Shown piece after piece: positions 56,328-64,000 of a stretch of 64,000 nt of DNA. The DNA comes from Minisyncoccia bacterium. GTDB taxonomy: Bacteria > Patescibacteriota > Minisyncoccia > UBA6257 > 2-01-FULL-56-20. Under the pieces are notes generated by a model. That model saw only the letters and a program-made list of their open reading frames with translations. It was not told the DNA's origin and made no database searches. The position numbers were made by a program, and so were the translations under genes. The stretch lies in the NCBI GenBank assembly GCA_050015515.1, contig JBEKBG010000001.1, positions 6,028 to 70,027 on the forward strand, given 5' to 3'. Each line of letters begins with the position of its first letter. The stretch's first letter is position 1.

Positions 56328-58040
56328 ATGGCACCGACCACCTCCAAGAAGAATCGCAAATATATTTTTATCGTCGGGGGAGTAATGTCGGGTGTCGGCA
56401 AGGGAGTTTCGTCCTCATCCATCGGAAAAATTTTGCAGTCGCGCGGGCTCGAGGTCACGTCCATCAAGATCGATCCCTATGTGAACGTCGACGCGGGCAC
56501 CATGAACCCCACCGAACACGGTGAGGTTTTTGTTTTGGACGACGGTACGGAGTGCGACCAGGATATGGGCAACTACGAACGCTTTTTGGACCGCGATCTC
56601 TCCGGCGTGAACTACATGACGACGGGCAGTATCTATCAGACGGTCATCAATCGCGAGCGGAGCATGGGCTACGGCGGAAAATCGGTGAGCGTGGTGCCGC
56701 ACATTCCGCTCGAAGTGATCGATCGCATCGATCGTGCGGCGGAACTCGCGAAGGCGGACATCGTGATTACGGAGATCGGTGGTACCGTGGGCGAATATGA
56801 GAACATTCTTTTCATTGAAGCGATCCGCATGATGAAGTTCAAACATCCCAAAGACGTTCTCGTTATCCTGGTCAGCCACTTGCCGATCGTGAGCGAGGAC
56901 AACGAGCTGAAAACCAAACCGACCCAGCAAGCGGTGCGCGCGTTGAACGGCACCGGCTTGCAACCAGATATTATTTTAGCGCGCGCGAAGTATCCGCTCG
57001 ACGAAAAACGCAAAGAAAAGATATCGTTCAATTGCGGTCTGCGCGAAGAGGATGTGATCTCCGCGCCGGACGTCTCGAGCCTCTATGATATTCCGGTCAA
57101 TTTTGAGAACGACAATCTCGGCAGCTTGATCCTAGAAAAACTTTCCATGCGGCCGCGCGCGAAGGATATGAAAGAGTGGCGCGCGTTCGCGCAACGGATT
57201 CACAATGCGAAGGACGTCGTGCGTATCGGCATCGTCGGAAAATATTTTGCGAGCGGGAAATTTATTCTCGCCGACTCATATCTTTCCGTCATCGAATCGA
57301 TCAAACACAGCGCCGCGTTCTGGGGGGTGAAGCCGGAGATCAAGTGGCTCGACTCGGGGCAGTTCGAAGCCGCCGAAGTCGGCGCGGCGGGCGCCGCAGC
57401 GGGACTAAAAGAGCTTGATAGCTTTGACGGCATCATCGTTCCGGGAGGTTTTGGCTCGCGTGGCGTGGAAGGGAAACTCGCCGCGATCCGCTATTGCCGC
57501 GAGAACAAAATTCCGTATTTCGGGTTGTGCTATGGCATGCAGCTTGCCACCGTGGAGTTCGCGCGGGATGTCTTGAAGATGAAGGGCGCGAACACAACGG
57601 AGATTGACCCCAAAACGAAGTATCCCATCATCGATATTTTGCCCGAGCAGAAGAAGCTGATGGCGGAAAAAAAGTACGGCGCGACGATGCGGCTTGGCGC
57701 GTACCCTGCGGTTTTGAAGCCCGGTACGATCGCATATAAGGCGTATGGCCATGCGAAGATCTCCGAGCGGCATCGGCATCGCTACGAAGTGAACCCAGTG
57801 TATGTGAAGCGGCTCGAAAAAGCCGGGTTCGTTTTTTCCGGCGTGTCGCCGTCGCGGCGCTTGATGGAGATCGCGGAACTTCCGCGCACGGTACATCCTT
57901 TTTTCCTCGGCTCGCAGTTCCATCCGGAGTTGAAGTCGCGTCCACTGCGGCCGCACCCGTTGTTTAAGGAGTTTGTGAAGGCTGCCGCGGCGCGGCGCTC
58001 GGCGGTGCATCCGAACAGCACGAGTAACACGGCGAAGTAG
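56328..58040 (+). CDS. pyrG: CTP synthase
   Basis: GGVMSGVGKG, DPYVNVDAGTM, KTKPTQ, GLCYGMQ and HPE. Confidence 0.98.
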   Translation: MAPTTSKKNRKYIFIVGGVMSGVGKGVSSSSIGKILQSRGLEVTSIKIDPYVNVDAGTMNPTEHGEVFVLDDGTECDQDMGNYERFLDRDLSGVNYMTTGSIYQTVINRERSMGYGGKSVSVVPHIPLEVIDRIDRAAELAKADIVITEIGGTVGEYENILFIEAIRMMKFKHPKDVLVILVSHLPIVSEDNELKTKPTQQAVRALNGTGLQPDIILARAKYPLDEKRKEKISFNCGLREEDVISAPDVSSLYDIPVNFENDNLGSLILEKLSMRPRAKDMKEWRAFAQRIHNAKDVVRIGIVGKYFASGKFILADSYLSVIESIKHSAAFWGVKPEIKWLDSGQFEAAEVGAAGAAAGLKELDSFDGIIVPGGFGSRGVEGKLAAIRYCRENKIPYFGLCYGMQLATVEFARDVLKMKGANTTEIDPKTKYPIIDILPEQKKLMAEKKYGATMRLGAYPAVLKPGTIAYKAYGHAKISERHRHRYEVNPVYVKRLEKAGFVFSGVSPSRRLMEIAELPRTVHPFFLGSQFHPELKSRPLRPHPLFKEFVKAAAARRSAVHPNSTSNTAK

Positions 58041-58059
58041 TTTGGCGTATAATCTTTTT

Positions 58060-58845
58060 ATGATCATCTTCCTCTACGGGCTGGACGATTATCGCCGTTC
58101 CGAAAAGAAACGTTCCATCATAGCGGAATTTTCCAAAAAGCGATCGGAGATCGGGCTCGGCGTTTTTGATCTGGAAGAAAAGACGGCGTTGGAAAATCTT
58201 GGCGAATTTTTAAAGACACAATCCATCTTTGAGGTGGCGAAGTTGGCAGTATTGGAAAACGCGTTCGAGCTGGACGCGTCGAAGCTCGCCAAATTATTAA
58301 AGCCGTTCGTTGAAGAAAAAAATATCACCATCTTGATCGCGGAGAGGGATAAGCCGGTGAAAGCGCTTGCATTCTTATTGGACAGGCCGGTGCTCGCGCA
58401 AAAATTCGAGACGCTCGCAGACGCGGAGTGGACGGCGTTTATCTTGGCCGAAGCGAAGAAGAACGACGTGAAGCTGACGCCCGCTGCCGCACAATTTTTG
58501 GGAACAATATATAGCGGCAACACATGGGGGCTGATCACCGAGATCGAGAAGTTGAGGGGTTTTAAAAACGGCGGAGTGATCGACAAAAAAGATCTCGACA
58601 TCTTCGACTTCGAGGTCGCCCCGAACTATTGGGGGCTCATCAACGGGTTGAAGAACTACGATATTAAAAATAGATTATACGCGTTCGAGACGATGCTCGC
58701 GGCGAACGATCCGCCGGCAAAGATATTCAATATCCTCGCGTCCCAGTGGCAAGAAAAAACCCCGCACATGGCGGAGTATGACCTGGCGGTCAAGTCCGGG
58801 AAAGTGGACTATGAGGAGGCCTTGGTGGATTTGCTAATAAGCTGA
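58060..58845 (+). CDS. holA: DNA polymerase III delta subunit
   Basis: MIIFLYG.D.Y, EIEKL and D..VKSG; convergent with rpsT as is typical. Confidence 0.8.
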   Translation: MIIFLYGLDDYRRSEKKRSIIAEFSKKRSEIGLGVFDLEEKTALENLGEFLKTQSIFEVAKLAVLENAFELDASKLAKLLKPFVEEKNITILIAERDKPVKALAFLLDRPVLAQKFETLADAEWTAFILAEAKKNDVKLTPAAAQFLGTIYSGNTWGLITEIEKLRGFKNGGVIDKKDLDIFDFEVAPNYWGLINGLKNYDIKNRLYAFETMLAANDPPAKIFNILASQWQEKTPHMAEYDLAVKSGKVDYEEALVDLLIS

Positions 58846-59084
58846 GAAAGGCGGGACTTGAGGCGGTTGGCCTTGTTTTTTTCGATCACTTTCGATTTTG
58901 CGGCCTTATCGAGCGCCTTGAAGACGAGCGGGAGCGCCTTTGCGGCCTCTTCTAGTTTTTTTGCGGTGACGAGCTTGCGGAGGCCGACGACCTGCGCCTT
59001 ATAGGCGTCCTTGCGCACGACGTTTCGCTTATGGCGGGTCACGTTCTGGCGGAGCGCTTTCTTTGCTGACTTGGTGATTGGCAT
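58809..59084 (-). CDS. rpsT: 30S ribosomal protein S20
   Basis: MPITKSAKKALRQ..LDKAAK..I.KNKANRLKSRL. Confidence 0.97.
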   Translation of the reverse strand: MPITKSAKKALRQNVTRHKRNVVRKDAYKAQVVGLRKLVTAKKLEEAAKALPLVFKALDKAAKSKVIEKNKANRLKSRLSQLISKSTKASS

Positions 59085-59168
59085 GTGGACTAGTATACCG
59101 TAAAGCGGGGTTTTTGCAAGGGCATTTTTTTATGTATTTTTAATCTCCATTCGCGCTATAATAAGCAC

Positions 59169-59753
59169 ATGATATACAGCATCTCCGGCAAATTGGCGCT
59201 GAAAGAGGGCCATTTCGCGGTAGTGGAAGCCGGCGGTCTCGGGCTGAAGCTTTTTGCGAGCAAAGGCACGTTGGAGGCGCTTCCGGCCGTCGGGGCTGAC
59301 ATAAAATTCTTTTGCCATCTCCACGTACGTGAGGATGCGCTCGATCTCTTTGGGTTCATCACCGCCGACGAGTTGGAATTCTTCGAGATGCTCATTTCCG
59401 TTTCCGGGGTGGGTCCGCGCTCGGCGCTTGCGATCCTCGACACCGGCCCGCTCGCCGAGCTCTCGGCGGCCATCAAAGAAAATCGTCCGGATCTGCTTAC
59501 CCGCGCGGCGGGGATTGGCCGCAAGACGGCGGAGCGAGTGATCGTGGAGTTGCGCTCCAAAGTGCAGTCGTCTAAGAGCGGCTCGGTCGTGGAAAAGATG
59601 CAGACGGATTCCGATCTCGTGGAAGCACTGATGAGCCTGGGCTATCATCGCGACCAGGCGCGCGCGGCGCTCGGCAAAGTGGACGAAACGGTGACCGGCA
59701 CGGAAGCGCGCCTGCGTGCGGCGCTCGCGCAGCTCTCAAATAAGCAGAAATAA
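59169..59753 (+). CDS. ruvA: Holliday junction DNA-binding protein RuvA
   Basis: HVRED..LFGF, VSGVGPR.A, GIGRKTAER and ALMSLGY. Confidence 0.96.
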   Translation: MIYSISGKLALKEGHFAVVEAGGLGLKLFASKGTLEALPAVGADIKFFCHLHVREDALDLFGFITADELEFFEMLISVSGVGPRSALAILDTGPLAELSAAIKENRPDLLTRAAGIGRKTAERVIVELRSKVQSSKSGSVVEKMQTDSDLVEALMSLGYHRDQARAALGKVDETVTGTEARLRAALAQLSNKQK

Positions 59754-59793
59754 ATCGCAAAATTATCACGCCTACTCGCGCAAGATTATCCTC

Positions 59794-61062
59794 ATGGAAA
59801 AATTTTTTAAAAATCTCCACCCGCGCTCCGTCTACCATTTTTTATGGGCGTGGACCGGTGCGCATCTGCATGGCAATCCGAGCAAGAGACTTTTTGTGAT
59901 CGGTGTGACGGGCACGAAAGGAAAAACGACAACACTCGAATTGATCAACGCGATTTTGGAGGCCGCCGGAAAGCGCACGGCACTCATCTCTTCCCTGCGC
60001 GTGAAGGTCGGTGATGAAAGCGAGAAAAATAAGATTGGAAATACGATGCCGGGTCACGCCTACCTTCAACGGTTTTTGCATCGCGCCGTGCGCGCAAAGT
60101 GCAATTATGCGATCATCGAGGTGGCGTCGCAGGGCATCGTCCAGCACCGGCACCAGTTCATCTATTGGAATATGGGCGTGCTTACCAACCTGGCGCCGGA
60201 ACATATCGAATCACACGGTTCGTTCGAGAATTATCGCGAGGCGAAACTGGATTTTTTGAAGTATGTGATCGAGAAGGGTGGTAAGATTTTTTTGAATCGC
60301 GACGACAAGAACTTTGATTTCTTTTTTGAGGCGCTCGGCGCGAATGAACCGATCGTATTTTCCAAAGATGATGAATTTTTCCACGATTCGTTACCGCGCA
60401 TCCGCTCTTTAAAATTGCGCCGCGACAACAAGGAGTCGCATTTTCTTGCGAGTCCGTTCAACGAGGAGAATATCGCGGTTGCGGTGGCGATCGCAAAAGA
60501 GCTCGGCATTTCGAACACTATTATAGAGAATGCCATTCTCGCGTTCGAGGGCGTGCAGGGGCGGATGGAGTTTGTCCATGTGGGCGATTACACCGCGGTG
60601 GTTGACTATGCGCATACGCCTGAGTCGCTCGAGGCGGCATACGTCGCGGCGACGCCGCAGCCGTCGCGCGAGTTTCCGCATCCGCGCCTGATCTGCGTGC
60701 TCGGTGCCGCGGGCGGCGGCCGCGACACGTGGAAGCGCCCGGCGTTCGGCACGATCGCCGCGGACCATTGCGATGAGATCGTCCTGACCAACGAAGATCC
60801 GTACGATGAAGATCCGGTGGCGATCATGGATGAGATCGAGACCGGCATTCCCCAACCGTTACGCGAAGGCCAGCACGTGTATAAAATTTTGGATCGCGTG
60901 GAGGCGATCAATAAGGCGGTCGCGCTTGCGCATCCGGGCGACGTCACGATCGGCACCGGCAAGGGAAGCGAGGATTGGATCCACGCCGTGGACGGCAGGA
61001 AGATTCCATGGAACGAGCGCGCGGTATTCGAAGCGGCGCTTGAAAAGAAGCGGAAACGATAA
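59794..61062 (+). CDS. murE: UDP-MurNAc-tripeptide synthetase (MurE family)
   Basis: GVTGTKGKTT, TNL.PEH, GRME, DYAHTP and GKG.E. Confidence 0.9.
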   Translation: MEKFFKNLHPRSVYHFLWAWTGAHLHGNPSKRLFVIGVTGTKGKTTTLELINAILEAAGKRTALISSLRVKVGDESEKNKIGNTMPGHAYLQRFLHRAVRAKCNYAIIEVASQGIVQHRHQFIYWNMGVLTNLAPEHIESHGSFENYREAKLDFLKYVIEKGGKIFLNRDDKNFDFFFEALGANEPIVFSKDDEFFHDSLPRIRSLKLRRDNKESHFLASPFNEENIAVAVAIAKELGISNTIIENAILAFEGVQGRMEFVHVGDYTAVVDYAHTPESLEAAYVAATPQPSREFPHPRLICVLGAAGGGRDTWKRPAFGTIAADHCDEIVLTNEDPYDEDPVAIMDEIETGIPQPLREGQHVYKILDRVEAINKAVALAHPGDVTIGTGKGSEDWIHAVDGRKIPWNERAVFEAALEKKRKR

Positions 61063-61100
61063 GTTGTTCCCGCGAGCAAGCCGCCGTATACTTATCACAT

Positions 61101-62447
61101 ATGCAACTCACTTTTTACGGCGGCACGGGAGAGGCTACGGGTTCGAATTATATTTTGGAATCGGGCGGGACGAAGATCATGATCGACTGCGGGCTTCACC
61201 AGGGAGGTCACTACGCGGATCGTGAAAATTTTGAGCCGTTTGCGTACGACCCGAAGGAAGTGACGGCGGTGTTCATCACTCACTCGCATTTGGATCACAT
61301 CGGCCGTTTACCAAGCCTCGTCCTCGCCGGCTTTAAAGGCGCGATCTATTCCACGCACGCCACGCGGTACTTTGCGGAGCTGATGTTGGCCGACTCGGAG
61401 CACCTACTCGCCAAGGAAGCCGAGCGCGAAGCGCGTCCGCCACTCTATCGCGATGACGATATCCAAAAAGTGACGGCGCTTTGGAAAGGATTAAAATATC
61501 ATGAACCGATCGAGGTTGGGCCGTTTAAGGTGGAGTTGTATGATGCAGGGCATATTCTCGGCTCTGCGATCATCCACATTGAATGCGAAGGGAAGACGAT
61601 CGTATTCTCCGGCGACCTCGGTAACGTGCCGTCGCCGCTCATCAAGCCGACGGAAAAAATTCCGGCGGCGGATTATTGTTTGATAGAATCCACGTATGGC
61701 GATCGTGTTCATGAAGATATTTCGCGCCGCCGCGAGATGCTGCAGGGCGCGATCGATGAGACGTTCGCCCGCGGCGGCGTGCTGATGATCCCATCGTTCG
61801 CGATGGAGCGCACGCAGGATCTACTCTATCATTTCCATCAATTGCACGAAGAAGGAAAGTTGCCGGATGAGCCGATCTTTCTCGATAGCCCGCTTGCGAT
61901 CAAACTCACGGAGCTTTTTAAGAAACACGAGGATGCGTTCAATGATAAGGCGGAGGTGTTGGTAAAAAAAGGGCAGGAGATTTTGACGTTCCCTGGCTTA
62001 CGGGTCACGCTCACGACGGAGCAGTCGAAGGCGATCAATGATATTCCCGCGCCGAAGATCATCATCGCGGGTTCCGGCATGTCGAATGGCGGACGTATCC
62101 TGCACCACGAGCTGCGTTATCTGCCGGATCCCAAGAGCGAGGTCGTATTCGTCGGCTATCAGGCGGAGGGTTCGATGGGGCGCGAGATGCTGGAGGGCGC
62201 CACGGAAGTGCATATCTTCGGTGAGGCGGTTCCGGTGCGATGCCATAAGATCGATATCCCGGGATATTCCGCGCATGCGGACCAGCCGCATTTGCTCGAC
62301 TGGCTGAGTTCTATGAAAAATTCATTAAAAAAGGTGTTTGTCGTGCAGGGAGAGCAGGCGTCTAGCGAAACGCTTGCGCACAAAATAATAGATGAATTTG
62401 GCGTTGCCGCGGAGGTGCCACACTTAAACGAGAGTGTTGCGTTATAA
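61101..62447 (+). CDS. MBL-fold beta-CASP ribonuclease
   Basis: THSHLDH, AGHILGS, SGDLG, ESTYG and YSAHAD. Confidence 0.92.
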   Translation: MQLTFYGGTGEATGSNYILESGGTKIMIDCGLHQGGHYADRENFEPFAYDPKEVTAVFITHSHLDHIGRLPSLVLAGFKGAIYSTHATRYFAELMLADSEHLLAKEAEREARPPLYRDDDIQKVTALWKGLKYHEPIEVGPFKVELYDAGHILGSAIIHIECEGKTIVFSGDLGNVPSPLIKPTEKIPAADYCLIESTYGDRVHEDISRRREMLQGAIDETFARGGVLMIPSFAMERTQDLLYHFHQLHEEGKLPDEPIFLDSPLAIKLTELFKKHEDAFNDKAEVLVKKGQEILTFPGLRVTLTTEQSKAINDIPAPKIIIAGSGMSNGGRILHHELRYLPDPKSEVVFVGYQAEGSMGREMLEGATEVHIFGEAVPVRCHKIDIPGYSAHADQPHLLDWLSSMKNSLKKVFVVQGEQASSETLAHKIIDEFGVAAEVPHLNESVAL

Positions 62448-62454
62448 TAATAAT

Positions 62455-63057
62455 ATGATAAAAAAACCGGCCACAAAAAAAATCGATACGGCATATCATC
62501 TTAAATATAAAATCTGCATCTCCGGCGCGGCGGAGATCGAGCATTGTCCGCCGGGCACGGTGGAGAAAGCGGAACTGATCGGGCGGTTGATCGCCGAGGC
62601 GGGCATCGTGCTCGTAGACGGCGCGACGACGGGCATCCCGTATCACGCTGCCAAGGGAGCAAAGGAAGCGGGCGGCATCGTCATCGGCCTTTCGCCGGCG
62701 GAATCCAAAGCGGCTCACGTGGGGACGTACCATCTGCCGCTCGATTATCACGACCTCATCATCTACACGGGCTTTGGTTACTCGGGCCGCAATCTTTTGC
62801 TTACACGCTCGGCAGATGCCGTCATCACGATCTATGGCCGCATTGGTACATTGAACGAGTTCACGATCGCGTTCGAGGATAAGAAGCCGCAAGGCGTGCT
62901 CACCGGCACCGGCGGCACGAGCGATGAGCTCGAACGTATTTTAAAGATCGCGCATCGCGGTAATGGCAAGGCGGTGTTCGATCCTGATCCGAAGTCGTTA
63001 GTGGAGAAGGTTATCAAATTGATCCACAAGGAAGGAAAAAAAAGAGCGATCGAATAA
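62455..63057 (+). CDS. LOG/SLOG-family protein
   Basis: GATTGIP..AAKGA, GRN and G.IGTLNE. Confidence 0.85.
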   Translation: MIKKPATKKIDTAYHLKYKICISGAAEIEHCPPGTVEKAELIGRLIAEAGIVLVDGATTGIPYHAAKGAKEAGGIVIGLSPAESKAAHVGTYHLPLDYHDLIIYTGFGYSGRNLLLTRSADAVITIYGRIGTLNEFTIAFEDKKPQGVLTGTGGTSDELERILKIAHRGNGKAVFDPDPKSLVEKVIKLIHKEGKKRAIE

Positions 63058-63061
63058 AAAT

Positions 63062-63391
63062 ATGGTAAAAGCAAAAAAGAAAGTTATAAAAAAGAAAGCA
63101 CCGGTTAAAAAGGCGAAGCCAACAAAAAAACCCACGCCGGTCAAAAAAATAAAGCCGATCGGCAAGGTGACGCACTACTACGCGCACATCAAAGTGGCGA
63201 TCGTAAAATTTAATACAAAGGTGAAGGCGGGGGCGGAATTATATTTCAAGGGCGCGACGACGGATTTTAAAGAAGCGTCGAAGTCGATGCAGTTTGATCA
63301 CAAGCCCGTGGCGGCGGCGATGCCAAAGAAGCAGATTGGCATCAAACTCAAGAAGCGCGTTCGCGAAGGGGATCTGGTCTATAAGGCGTAG
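63062..63391 (+). CDS. Small translation-factor-like beta-barrel protein with Lys-rich N-terminus
   Basis: IGKVTHYY.HIKVA, KGATTDF, SMQ.DH and VREGDLVY. Confidence 0.75.
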   Translation: MVKAKKKVIKKKAPVKKAKPTKKPTPVKKIKPIGKVTHYYAHIKVAIVKFNTKVKAGAELYFKGATTDFKEASKSMQFDHKPVAAAMPKKQIGIKLKKRVREGDLVYKA

Positions 63392-63397
63392 CGCTCT

Positions 63398-64000
63398 ATG
63401 TCCAATAAACACTTGACCATTGCGGCCATCGTCGCCGCGGCGACGATCGGAGAAGGCGTGTTCGCGGTGCCGTACATTATTGCAACAGCTGGCTGGGCGA
63501 TAACGTTCGGCTATTTCGTGGCGGTCATCGCGATTGTTTCTGTCGCGCACATCCTTTATCTGCGCACGCTTGCGGCGACGGATGAAAAAGAGCGGCTCCT
63601 CGGCCTCACGCGGAGATATTTTGGCGCGACGGGATTTTGGATCGGCTTTGTGGCGATCGTCGTCGGGCTGTTGCTCGGCTTCGTGGCATATCTTGTACTC
63701 GGTACGCAGTTCCTGCAGATACTTTTTCCGGGTATGGCACCCGGCGTCGCGCTCGCAATCTTTTGGCTGCTGCTCGCGATCCTCGTGTGGGGAAGCGAAG
63801 GCCGGATCGCGTGGTTCGAGGGAGTGGGTATCGCGCTCGTGTCGTTCGCGATCCTTTTTATTTTCTTCTCGGGGCATCCCGCCGCATTCTTGAGCACTGT
63901 GCCGTTCGCGGTTCCGGGAGGATTTTTGATTCCGTTCGGCGTCGTCATCTTTGCGCTTGCGGGATGGACGAGCGTCGAGCCGGTCTACGAGCTTGCGTAT
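63398..64000 (+). CDS. Aromatic amino acid permease family transporter (partial)
   Basis: Read manually: MSNKHLTIAAIVAAATIGEGVFAVPYII..AGW; open to the right edge. Confidence 0.8.
   Translation, partial: MSNKHLTIAAIVAAATIGEGVFAVPYIIATAGWAITFGYFVAVIAIVSVAHILYLRTLAATDEKERLLGLTRRYFGATGFWIGFVAIVVGLLLGFVAYLVLGTQFLQILFPGMAPGVALAIFWLLLAILVWGSEGRIAWFEGVGIALVSFAILFIFFSGHPAAFLSTVPFAVPGGFLIPFGVVIFALAGWTSVEPVYELAY

Overview
This is a chromosomal segment of a reduced-genome bacterium, most likely Patescibacteria/CPR (Parcubacteria-like). That assignment is inferred from gene content, the largely leaderless core genes, the CPR-type pilin/VirB4 locus and a tRNA-Ile(UAU). The window spans the probable replication origin (jag-yidC-rnpA-rpmH / dnaA-dnaN). 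It carries core genes (ftsH, tyrS, clpP, hppA, nusA, pcrA, rsmA, PBP1A, ruvA/B/C, yebC, pilB, tsaE, pyrG, holA, rpsT, murE), a yraN-dksA-comM module, a T4SS-like/pilin locus without a relaxase, a small stress/ECF-sigma cluster and several low-GC single-gene insertions. The most striking unexplained signal is about 14 long intergenic palindromes (arms 14-39 bp). Their loops carry conserved cassettes in several families, while their arms differ between loci and often contain an inverted copy of the last codons of the adjacent gene or tRNA. Mismatch polarity and GNA triloops point to ssDNA fold-back structures. Other highlights are an atypical tRNA-like gene with an upstream small RNA complementary to its anticodon arm, a promoter-driven structured ncRNA candidate, and a truncated class II aaRS paralog bracketed by two of the palindromes.
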